Assembly (NCBI GenBank): GCA_024137785.1
Contig: JAHRHZ010000115.1
Location: forward strand, 1,010,293 to 1,074,292
Direction of reading: 5' to 3'
Length of the DNA: 64,000 bases
Source of the DNA: Ginglymostoma cirratum
Lineage: Eukaryota
A model generated the notes under the pieces. The model was not told the DNA's origin. It saw only the letters and a list, made by a program, of their open reading frames with translations, and ran no database searches. A program made the translations under genes and the position numbers. This document shows, piece after piece, positions 52,710-64,000 of this stretch (position 1 is the stretch's first letter; each line of letters opens with the position of its first letter).

Positions 52710-53999
52710 TAGTCTGTATAATGGATTCCCATTTCCATATTTCCCTCATTAAGCCCCATTCGTTAAGCAGCACAATTGTGTTCAAATGGACTATTTCTGT
52801 TGCAGGTCTAGCCTGCCATTCTTGAAGATCAGGACTGATATGCCCAAAACCTCAACTTCTCTTTAATGTCACACCTCACAACTCAAAGCTCACAACTCAC
52901 CATTTCAAAATTTATCAGCCTCCTGTTTAAATGCTTTCAGTGATCTAATCTCCATGACTTGGGGTGGACAATTCCAGAAATTAATTTCTATTGAGAGAAG
53001 AGGGATTCCTTTGCATCTCAGTTATAATTTACTGTCCCTTATTCTGTAACTATGTCCCCCAGTCCAAGATTCACTCATTAGTGGAAAAGTCTTGCCATCA
53101 TCTACCCTGCAAAGGCCACTCATAATCAATAAAGGCTCCCCATATTCTTCCAATCTCTAATGAATGAAGGCCTAACCTGTTTGGTCATTCTTGATCAGTC
53201 AAATCCTTTATCGTATGAACCAGCCAAGTGAAGCTCTTTTAGACTGCATTCAATACCAAAATACTACTTCTTGAATAATGGGACCAGAACTGTAAGTAGT
53301 CCACCACCAGCAGCATCACAAACATCTTGTACAGCGATGACAAGAACTCCCTATTTTTAACACCCAACACTTAGAAATTAAGGCCAAAATTCCAATTTGT
53401 TTCTTCATAAATCGCAGCATCACACATTAAAAATCTGAATGTTTGGCAACTCATGGGATAACACAGCAAGCAAGATCTGGGGGAAATTAACTTGCAGACA
53501 ATGTTCCCATTGACAATGTCATGGAGATGCTGGTGTATGAAAAAAACCAACAAGGCGTCCATTATTGTCTAGTCTATGAATCACTAACCTTGCAGTTAAC
53601 TGCTGACCTTGCTGACTAATTGTCCTGTCCAAGCTCACATTTTTGAGGAAGAACACCCCCAGTGATAAGCAGTAGGAAGGGCATCCAGTAGAGGATGCTG
53701 AGAGACTTTGCCAAGCATTCTTGGAGAAGTTGGCGCAGTCAACATGACTGATCAGTGGAGTGAGGAAGAACTCAGTGTCAAGGAATAGTAAGCACCAAAC
53801 ATTACATTATTGTGTTTCCATCCTTCTTTTCTCCCCTACCAAAATAAAAAGAGACACATTAAGAGAGACTGATAGGAAGTTTGTTGTAGCCTACAGGTAT
53901 TTGGTCTGCTTGTAAAGATTGTAATTTAAGGAACCTGTTAAATGCAGGGTTCGGAGAATACTGGGTTTCACTAAGAAAGGCAGGCAAGATAAGATTCTT

Positions 54000-54345
54000 T
54001 TATCTTTCTTAGTGTAAAGGGGCAGAAATGGCAGCTGGTGCAGTGGTGTGCTCTCCCTGCCAGATGTGGGAGATCAGGGAGCAGTCTAATGTCCCTGATT
54101 ACTATGTCTGAAGGAAGTATGACCAGCTGCAGCTCCTCACAGATAATGTTGTTTGATTGGTGCAGCAGTTGGACATACTAAGGCACATTCAGAGGGCAGA
54201 GACAGACACTAGTTACAGTGAGGTGGTTACATCAGAGTTTCAGTCAGGTAGATGGGTGTTCGCTAGGGGAAGCAGTCCGGTAGTGCAGGAGTCTCCTGTG
54301 GCCATTCCTTTCTCTAACAGGTATACCGTTTTGGATACTATTGAC
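54000..54345 (+). mobile_element. CR1 ORF1 5-prime fragment
   Basis: CSPCQMWE...VPDYYV and SNRYTVLDT motifs. Confidence 0.7.
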
Positions 54346-55445
54346 AGGGGTAGGGGTTGGGGGGGTGGAAGGAGAGAGAGAATAGCCCCTCAGGGGAGTA
54401 TAAAATCTATGTCCAGTGGGGTCTCAAAGTAGTTACTGTCGGGGACAGTTCTATGTTGTATTTATTCAGATAGAATTCTATTTGCTACTAATTATCGCCC
54501 TGTCATCGACGGCTATCATCCTCACCACTTATCGTGAACCCTTTTATACCATCTGAAAGACAACTGATCAATGCTCCTATAATGACTATATCATTTATAT
54601 AAACCAGCAAGGTCCCCGACAGTAACTACTTTGAGACCCCATTGGACATAAATTTACACTGGGAAAATCATCTCAACCATCATCCTCTCTTTTCTGCTAT
54701 TCAGTCAATTGTGGATGAATTTGCCAAATTTTAGTGGATCCCATGTGCTCTTACCTTTGCTATCAGTCTCCCACACGGAACCTTATCAAAAGGCTTACTC
54801 AAGTCCAAGTAGACTACATTAAAAGCATCATTGACACACCTCGACATCTCTTCAAATAAATTTGAATCAAGTTGTTCAGATGGCTTCCCCTCAACTAATC
54901 TGCCTTATAGATATGATAAAGCCTTGGTGCACTATAGTTTTAACAGAAAGCCAAACTATACCATTTTTATCCCAAATAGTCAACCAGACTTGTGGTGTTT
55001 ACAAACATCATCAGGAGCAAACACCAGCAAATATGGTTTGGAGGTGGATGTCAATAACAACAAAATTCAACCTCTACAGTTACTTGGGAACTCACTGGTG
55101 TTCATCCAGCCCTGATGAATCAGAAAATCCTCATCCAGACACTGGGCAGATGGACAGTCTCTAATGATTGCGAAAACGACGATGCATAGCAAGTTGGGAT
55201 CATATCCAAAATGTACCCAACAGATTTTTAAAAATTACTTTGCTGTTTTATCCACAATATCAGCATCTTCAATACAGCGGGGTTTAATAACATCAGTACA
55301 AACAACCCAATGACCTTGGTTCATTCCTTGGTGTAAGTAGAAGCAAAATCTTTCAAAACTATGGTTCTTTGTGAACTTGTTGGTGTGTTAACAGGATGGA
55401 TGTCCATGAGAATCCCTTCCCACACATGGAGCAAGTGAATAGTTT

Positions 55446-56150
55446 CTACCCAGTGTGAACACGCTGGTGTGTTAACAGTTTGGTCGATCGAATGAATCTC
55501 TTCCCACACACAGAGCAAGCGAATGGTCTCTCGCCAGTGTGAACTCGCTGATGCTGCAGCAGATGTGTTGACTGAGTGAATCCCTTACCACACACAGAGC
55601 AGGTGAATGGTCTTTCCCCAGTGTGAACTCGCTGGTGTACCTGCAGGTGGGACGACTGAGTGAATCCCTTCCCACATAGGGAGCAACTGAATGGTCTCTC
55701 CCCTGTATGAACTTGTTGGTGTCTCAGCAGGTTAGATGACTTAGTGAATCCTTTCCCACACTCTGAACAGGTGAATAGTTTTTCCCTAATGTGAATTTGC
55801 TGGTGTTCCAAAAGTTTAGATGAGTGAACGAATGTTTTGCCACGATCACAGCAGGTGAATGGTTTCTCCCTAGTGTGACCACGTTGATGTCTCAGCAGGC
55901 TGGATGACCAAGCAAATCCTTTCCCACACATGGAGCAGTAGAATGGTTTTTCTCCAGTGTGAACTCGCTGGTGTTTCAGCAGGTCGGATGATTGACTGAA
56001 TCCCTTCCCACACTGGGAGCAGTGGAACGGTTTCTCTCCAGTGTGAACTCGCTGGTGTACCAGCAGGTCGGATGAATCAGCAAAGCTTTTTCCACACGCA
56101 GGACACATGTACGGTTTCTCCCCACTGAGAATGGTGCTGTTTCCTTCCAT
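55446..56150 (-). CDS. C2H2 zinc-finger protein, 7 canonical plus 1 degenerate finger
   Basis: Starts [19 protein letters not shown]. Finger 4 reads CCDR instead of CxxC. Ends at a TAG inside an HTG-E linker. Acceptor-like ccacAG lies at ~56260. Confidence 0.88.
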   Translation of the reverse strand: [234 protein letters not shown]

Positions 56151-57470
56151 GGTCAAAATCCAATGATATTCCTGTTAAGACAAATTGGGTGGCTCAGTCC
56201 GATCCTGATGGGACATGTGGTTTGAAATGCCCGAATGTAAATTCTGTCCTTCCGATATCCTGTGGAATTTGTTTAAAAGCATGAAAAAAAAAAGGAGTGT
56301 GGGAGAAGGCACTAAAACACAAAGGCAAGTTAGAAAACGGAGCTGATCGAATCTGGGAATTTGTGTGGGGCTGGCACTGGGAGATAGTTATCACGAAAGT
56401 GGCTGGATTGTAACAAAAACCCAACAGATTCACATCCATCCTTCAGGGAAGGAAGCTTGCCACTTGCACTGGTCGCACACAAAACTTCGATTTTATTGGG
56501 ATGACAGGGTTGAGGGAGGCAAGGACAGAGAAAATGATTTGGGAGAGATGGAGAATGAGGATTTTATATGGTCTATGTCTTGAGCAGAACATCCACACCC
56601 AGTCCAGGCCGACATAAGACTCTAGCCTATATGGGAGAATAAGAGAAAGGCCAGGCCGGTGGTGAAGGAGAGGGACATGGTAGCATTTTAATGTGATCAG
56701 AATTTTAACAGAAACTCCCAATCTGTCAATTTTGACCATGCAGAAGGCCCAGGGTTGCAGGTGTACTGTATGTGAACAACTTCAACTCCCAATCACACAC
56801 CATCCTGGCTTGCCTGACATCCAGGACTGGACAGGCAGATACCTCCTCCATTTAGGTATTGTGAAGACTAAAGGCATTATTTTTATTTCTTCTTCCAAAC
56901 TGCACTCCATCACCACTGACTCCATCCCTCTCCCTGGCAAATGTCTGAGGGAGAACCAGACTATTCACAACTATGAAGTAATATTTCAGCCCAAGATGAA
57001 TTGGTTGGTTGTTCCCTCAGTTGCCAAGGCCACAAACTCTGGATTTTCTCTCAAAACCTCCCTGCCTCTTTACCTCACTTTCCTCCCTTAAAAACTCCTT
57101 TATACCTCATTATGTGGCCAAATATTCAGTCACCTGCCCTATTATCTCTGTTTTTGGCCCATTGTCAAAAGCTGCTTTCGGACATTTTGTGCAAAATGCC
57201 TTAAAACATTGTACTATTTTCAAATCAATGTTGCTGATTTGTACATTTTTCACCATTCCTTCATCATCACTAGGCAAATTACTTGGAACCTATTACTTAT
57301 CAGTATCGTAGCAAATCAGAGCACATTCGAGAAAAAAAATGTCAAAACTATGAATGGTCTGGATAGTCAATAAGGAGAAACAGTTGCCATTTGTAAGAGG
57401 ACCAACGACAAGAAGGCAGAGTTTTAAACTGACTTTAAAATGAACAAATTTGATGAAAAAAAATACTGTG

Positions 57471-58009
57471 ATAACAAGGTNNNNNNNNNNNNNNNNNNNN
57501 NNNNNNNNNNNNNNNNNNNNNNNNNNNNNNNNNNNNNNNNNNNNNNNNNNNNNNNNNNNNNNNNNNNNNNNNNNNNNNNNNNNNNNNNNNNNNNNNNNNN
57601 NNNNNNNNNNNNNNNNNNNNNNNNNNNNNNNNNNNNNNNNNNNNNNNNNNNNNNNNNNNNNNNNNNNNNNNNNNNNNNNNNNNNNNNNNNNNNNNNNNNN
57701 NNNNNNNNNNNNNNNNNNNNNNNNNNNNNNNNNNNNNNNNNNNNNNNNNNNNNNNNNNNNNNNNNNNNNNNNNNNNNNNNNNNNNNNNNNNNNNNNNNNN
57801 NNNNNNNNNNNNNNNNNNNNNNNNNNNNNNNNNNNNNNNNNNNNNNNNNNNNNNNNNNNNNNNNNNNNNNNNNNNNNNNNTTGAAGAAGGGTCTAGGCCC
57901 GAAACGTCAGCGTTCCTGCTCCTCTGATGCTGCTTGGCCTGCTGTGTTCATCCAGCTCTACACCTTGTTATCACAGATTCTCCAGCATCTGCAGTTCCTA
58001 CTATCCAAG
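57471..58009. mobile_element. Penelope-like insertion spanning a gap, with hammerhead-bearing pseudo-LTR
   Basis: TGAAGAAGGGTCTAGGCCCGAAACGTC at 57882. TSD AAAATACTGTG at ~57460 and ~58010. Inverted end GATAACAAGGT before the gap. Confidence 0.8.
57481..57880. other. Assembly gap (400 N)
   Basis: Run of n. Confidence 1.
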
Positions 58010-60039
58010 AAAATACTGTGTCATGCAATAGTGATTTGTGCCTGGAATTCACTGCCTGCACATGTAGTAAAGGCAGGTTCAACTGAGGCATTCAACAAGG
58101 CATTGGAGATTATTCAAGGATAAAGAATGTGCAGAGGTACAGGGAGAAAGCAGGCAGCTAGCACTCAGTCATACTGTTCATTGGAGAGCTGGTGCAGGGA
58201 GCATGGATTTCATTTGTACAGTAAGACTTCTGTTGTTCTGTATCTACATCACATCGAATGCAATGGTTTGAGAAGCTCAAACATCCACTTCTCCACATAT
58301 AAGTGGGGATTGGGCAATGTAGAGTAATCTTGTTAGTGAAAGGGTAGGGGAGTGTGGTTAGGTGATGTTCTCTTGCAGAGATCAAACCCAGTTGCAATGT
58401 ATTTTAGCCACTGAATGATTCAGTATCTCAGTGGAAATGGAGACCATGGTCTAAACACAAAGCCAGCATCCAGCCAACCCGATGCAAATCATCTCTTACT
58501 TAGTCCATCTGTGTTTCTGGACTCCCATCCATGAACAAGGCATGCAATAAAATAATAGCAAAATATTGCAGCTGCTGGAAATCTGAAATAAAGAGAGAAA
58601 ATGCTGGAGGTACTCTGGAAGACAGACATAGTCTTAGATTCATATGGTCTCTAGTACAGAAAAAGGCCCTCAGACGCATCGAGCCTATAACAGCAAAAAA
58701 GGCAGTATCTATGGAGTGATAAAAAGAGTCAATTGTATAATTAACTCAGGGTGTACAGAATGAATCGCGGTGAACAAACTTGGTGCAAATTTGATGATCA
58801 ACGCAAGCTCAGAAGTGGAACAGAAATGGAGCATTGTACAGGAAGAACAATTCCCAATTGTGAAAGATCCTATGGGACGATGAAACTGGTTAGATAGTTG
58901 CACCTAGTCAGGGGATGGGCAGCAATGAAAACCTCACTTAGACGCTGTTGGCATAAGTAATACTAAACACAGGTAAAAGACATCCATTACTAGAGACTGA
59001 GGAAGTAATTCAATAGCAGAAAAGCCATCAGGGAGAGAAGAGATTAAACAGAGCTGTGGAGGGGACAACTCCAGTCGCAGAGCCATGGAATCTCTCTTAG
59101 ATAATAGGGCACAAGTAACTGGGGAAGAGATCTACATGAGGTAAATTCTCAAACAATGTCAGCATTTTGAAATCTCCGTTGGAAGCTGCAGTTGTAAAGA
59201 AATCAGAAACACTGGAGTCAGAGAAAAATCTCACATTTGAGGAAATCCAAGGGGGGTGGGTAACATCACTGTGCAGTTATTGCTGTGTGATGACATCACA
59301 CACAGGAACATAGAGCATTTGGGTCTGTGCAATCCAGAGACCACCACACATTCTGAAGGGTGGGAGGGGCCAGAGGAGATTTACCAAAATAGTTCAAGGG
59401 ATCAGGTATTTGAGTTGCATTGTTATGCTAGAGAAATGAAATTGTCTGTTTGGAATGAAGCAGAATGAGTAAGGAGGAGATAAAGGTGTTTGTAAAAGAT
59501 TAATATATGTCAGGAAAGGAAAAAAAATTCTTAGCTGGATATAAAAGAAACACTGGTTGAAGATTTTGGTGAGGTGCCACAGGGAGCATATGAAGAAACA
59601 TTTTGTACAGCATATGATAAAGATCTGGAATTCAGAACTTACTTACAAAGGCTGATGATGCAAACCAAGTGATTTTGTCAGAGTTTCATGTGATATTTGG
59701 GTTTTGATTTCCCGTCAGCAAATTCCCATGTGATATCTGCAAAAGAAGTTTACAGCATCCATCACTATCAGTTCAGGACAACAATTCAAAAAGGAAAAAC
59801 AATACCTTGGTTTGAATTTGCTGTTATTAACACCCTTTTCTAACTCCCTATCAAAGCAAAGGATGTGCATACTTGCTGCTACATATTGCTCCTCGTTATT
59901 TTTGGCAGTCACTTGATTTAACAATAACATCTACTCAGGGTCCTGTGTTTCCGCCCTGTATCCTCACTTGACTGAATGGAGGCGCAGGTCTTTACACACA
60001 TGAGCCAGCGCATCCCATGAGTGGAAAACATCAAACAGG

Positions 60040-60600
60040 GTTTCTTACCTTCTCTGCCGCCGCTCTGCGTCATCAATAAGACTTTGGGTGTGAAAGGCTA
60101 ATGCAGCCTGATGCACACGTTGTCTCCATTCTGAACAATGGACAGCAAATTCCTTTCAGTCCTTCCAAATATTGCCCCCGACAAAGATGACCTTCGCGCA
60201 TGCGCCGTGAAACCCAATGCCCAAATATAATTATGGCGGACGTTAAGCCGGGCCTAACTTTAGACGAAAGCCTCCAGGTAACCACTCGCCTTCACTTCGT
60301 TTAAACAAGGCAAGGATAACATCTTTTTCGAGGGCCGCAGCTTATACGAAAGTTTCAGATAACCTCCCCATGTTCTCGCTGGATCCATCATTCCCTCCGT
60401 CCTGCCACATTCTGACCGTTTTCGGACCGACGACAAAAACACCCCCGTCAACGGCCAATAACAGCTCCGCGCATGCTCTGTACCCTGTCCAGGAGTGCGC
60501 CTGCGCACTGTTCCCGATTGTGGGCGGGATATTCACCGCGGGGGAGTGCTGGGGCTTCAGTTCAGACTGCGAACACCGTCCCTGGGGAAAAACAGTTAAC
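60040..60600. promoter_or_regulatory. CpG-rich promoter and probable exon 1 of the 55446-56150 ZNF gene
   Basis: High CpG density. NRF1-type GCGCATGCGC at 60196 and TGCGCCTGCGCA at 60496, YY1-like ATGGCGG at 60233, minus-strand donor AG/GTAAG at ~60048. Confidence 0.7.
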
Positions 60601-61697
60601 AACAACGTGAATGTATATTACACGGTTAACACAGTTAATATTTCCTGCGACATCTTCACATCAGCGTTAACAGTCCCACGTTGAAACAGTCCGCGCTGGT
60701 CTCCCCAATCGAGTCTTGGACACCCTGCTCTAGTTTTCACACGGTGAAAAACGGGGATGTGTTCATCTCACCAACAGAACTCAGTCAGTCCGTTTCTTGG
60801 CTCATCAATTAGCGTGACGTCCCTACCAATGTGTCTTCCTCTGTATGAGCCAAAACTCCTCCAAAATAGCTGGCCATTGTCACGTTACCCAGTTTTCCAC
60901 TGCCACCGCAGACAAGTTTCCCCATTTCCCAGTGCTCGTCCCAACAGCCCAAGTTAATAGCCCCGGCTCAGGGAATGATCATTTCCTGCGCGTTTATAGC
61001 CATGGAATGTGACTTCTCTTTTCTAAAGTTTACTCATTGAAAATATAGAAAAGCCCGAATCAGCGAGACTTTTCGTTTCACTTTCGAGGTGGATGTGTCA
61101 CCCAGGGAACAAGTCATGAACAAACGCAGAAATGGAATAAGAAAGTGGAAGACAGAATGAAGGCACGTGAGAGATTGTAAACTAAAAAACTAACTATTCT
61201 AATCCTATTACTTAGCCATGTATCTTGGCATTGTAAGTGTACATCTAAATACTTGCTGTTATAAAGATTTTCTGCTTCTACCACACTTACAGGCAGTGAA
61301 TTCCAGATACCACTGTCTTTTCAAAAAACAAAATACACTAAAATTCTCATATTCTTCTAAACCATCAATAAATGCCCCCCGTCATTGATCCCTCCATCAA
61401 TCAGGAATCATTCCTGTCTCTGTCTCTCGTATTTTGTACATTTCGATCATGCTCCCTTCAGTCTCCTCTGCTCCACAGAAACTATACCCACTCCATAAGG
61501 ACGATGTGGTTCCCTGCTGATGGAGAGAGATCATATTCGACCATACCGGGCACTCTGGGGTTAATAATCAATTATTATAACCCAAAACTAAGGTCGACAA
61601 ACAGGAGGTTGGAAGATCACAGCAAGCCAGGCAGCATCTGGAGGAAAGAAGCCAGGGCTCAAGAAGGGTAATACCCGAAACGCTTTCCTCCAGGTAG

Positions 61698-62075
61698 AGA
61701 TAGTAAGAACTGCCGATGCTGGAGTCTGAGATAACAAGGTGTGGAGCTGGAGGAAAACAGCAGGCCAGGTAGCATCAGATGAGCAGAAAAGCTGACGTTT
61801 TGGGTCTGGACCCTTCTTCAGAAATTAAAAAAAAAGCTCGTGGGTATCTGGAATTCATTGCCTGTAAGTGTGGTAGAAGTAGAAATTCTTATAACAGTTA
61901 GGAAGTATTTAGATGTTCACTTACAATGCCAAGATACATGGCTAAGTGCTGAAAATAGGATTAGAATAATTAGCTTTTTTTCTGAAGAAGGGTCCAGGCC
62001 CGAAACTTCAGCTTTCCTGCTCCTCTGATGCTGTCTGGCCTGCTGTGTTCCTCCAGCTCCACACCTTGTTATCTC
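61698..62075. mobile_element. Two inverted Penelope pseudo-LTRs around a non-Penelope spacer
   Basis: Hammerhead-like cores at 61791-61823 (-) and 61980-62012 (+). 13-bp TSD TTCCTCCAGGTAG at 61685 and 62076. Confidence 0.85.
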
Positions 62076-62454
62076 TTCCTCCAGGTAGGCTGCCTTCCTG
62101 CTTGCCGCATCCTAACCCTTAATCCAGCCCCGCCCATTTCACAGAGCAGCCTATCAGCTTGCAGTTTCCTGACCCTGAACCAGTCCCGCCCAAAGTGAAG
62201 CAGTACAAAAGCAGCAATGCTCTCCCCATTCTCTGACTCAGCGATGTGTCTTTTTCAGTAGCTCTCTTCCCAGTTATTCCTCTCTTCTGCTGTTGTCCTG
62301 GTCTCCCTTTTTAACCTGGTAATTTATTCCCCATTCTCCCTGGTGATCTTGTGGAGTCTGTATATTAAATTGTGTCTGGGATTGCTGAAAGTTTCGAGGA
62401 TTCACTGTTAGTGTTTCAGATTTGAAATTATATATAAAATTCTATATAATCCCT

Positions 62455-62742
62455 ATATGTGTGGAAACAGAACATTCGGCCCAACTAGTCCATACTGACC
62501 CTTCAAAGAGCATCCCACCGAGACCCTTCTCCCTACCCTATGCCTATAACGTTGCCTTTCCCATGGCTAACACACCTAGCCTAGACATGCCTGAACTCTA
62601 TGGGCAATTTAGCATCTTTGGTTTGTGGGAGGAAATTGGAGCACCTGGCAGAAACTCCACACAGACAGTTGTCCGGGAGTGGAATTGAAACTGGGTCCCT
62701 GGCACTGTGAGGCAGCAGTGCTAACCACTGAGCTACTGTACG
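62455..62742 (-). mobile_element. tRNA-derived SINE, same family
   Basis: AGCTCAGTGGTTAGCACTGCTGCCTCACAG head on the - strand. Confidence 0.8.
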
Positions 62743-62859
62743 GCTGAACTTTGACGAATTTGATTAAGACCTGCACGTGTGTTCTGTAGTTTCCTTCTCA
62801 ATCTATGGTTAATTCTCAATCTTTTGTTCAGTTGGGAGTGGATTCAAATGCAATTGCAA

Positions 62860-63250
62860 TGTTACCAGTTCCCTCGAATCACCTTGGCGATGAGCCTCTT
62901 GAGGATATGGACCAGCAAAAGGCTGGTCAGGGTAACCCTGGAGGCAGATGCTGATAGGTCCATTTGCACACACCATCCAGGTTCACCATCTGACGGAATC
63001 AAGGGACCTGACATTCCTGGGACAGCCCAGTGTCCATCAAAACTGAAGTAGTTCAGGGCACATAGCAGCAGAATACACTGTGCAAGAATTGTAAACAAGA
63101 GGGGCACCTTACCAAAGACTGGAAGGAGGGAAAGAACTGCCAACTGTTTGGGGAGGCAGGTCATCTTACAGAGCATGCCCACGATGTGGAGAGGGGGGTG
63201 GCGGCACACAAATGCTCAAATGATGAGCAATGGCAACATGAGCTGAGGAC
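62860..63250 (+). mobile_element. Tx1/L1-clade ORF1 (gag-like CCHC zinc knuckles) remnant
   Basis: IWTSKRLVRVTL, CKNCKQEGH and AGHL..ACP motifs across frameshifts. Confidence 0.65.
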
Positions 63251-63258
63251 CCTCAAAA

Positions 63259-64000
63259 GGATAACAAGGTGTAGAGCTGGATGAACACAACAGGCCAAGC
63301 AGCATCAGAGGAGCAGGAAAACTGACGTTTCGGGCCTAGACTGTTCTTCTGAAATGGGGGAGGGGAAGAGGGTTCTGAAATAAATAGGGAGAGAGGGGGA
63401 GGCGGATAGAAGATGGATAAAGGAGAAGATAGGTGGAGAGGAGACAGACAGGTCAAAGAAGCGGGGGTGGAGACAGGAAAGGTGAGTGTCGGTGGGGAGT
63501 TATGGAGAGGATAGGTCAGTCCAGGTCAAGGGGGCAGGATGAGGCTAGTAGGTCGGAGATGGGGTGGGGCTGGGGGTGGGAGGCGGGGATAGGTGGGAGG
63601 AAGGACAGGTTAGGGAGTCGGGGACAAGCTGGGCTGGTTTTGGGATGCGGTTGGGAGAGGAGAGATTTTGAAGCTTGTGCAGTCCATATTGATACCATTG
63701 GGCAGCAGGGTTCCCAAGCGAAATATGAAGTGCTGTTCCAGCAACCTTCGGGTGGCATAGTTGTGGCACTGCAGGAGGCCCAGGTTAGACATGTCGTCTA
63801 AGGAATGGGAGGGGGAGTTGAAATGGTTTGCGACTGGGAGGTGCAGTTGTTTAGTGCAAACCGAGCATAGGTGCTCCGCAAAGTGGTTCCCAAGACTCTG
63901 TTTCCTTTCCCCAATGTAGAGGAGGCCACAACGGGAACAGCGGACATAGTATACCATATCAGCAGATGTGCAGGTGAACATCTGCTTGACATGGAAAATC
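63259..64000 (-). mobile_element. Penelope-like element (Neptune-type), GIY-YIG 3-prime end plus pseudo-LTR
   Basis: FTCTSADMVYYVRCSRCGLLYIGE...FAEH GIY-YIG motif (63610-63981). The pseudo-LTR matches 33981-34182. Confidence 0.9.

Overview
Vertebrate nuclear DNA, most likely from a shark or other chondrichthyan (inferred from HE1/V-SINE-like SINEs, CR1 LINEs, Penelope-like elements and the zinc-finger style). The window is a birth-and-death cluster of C2H2 zinc-finger genes with no visible KRAB, SCAN or BTB domain. Four ORFs look intact (3358-4848 +, 15671-16336 -, 31756-32391 -, 55446-56150 -) and there are at least five decayed copies, several arranged around CpG/NRF1-type promoters. About 1-9000 and about 25650-36560 form an old inverted segmental duplication. 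The intergenic DNA is mostly retroelement debris plus decayed tRNA copies. The most striking non-coding signal is about 15 minimal hammerhead-ribozyme motifs (CUGANGA...GAAACGUH with a palindromic stem III). They sit in Penelope pseudo-LTRs and in ~140-bp TSD-flanked non-coding mini-elements, and one fold-back element encloses an inverted copy of nearby DNA. Coordinates of degraded repeats are approximate because they were read by eye.
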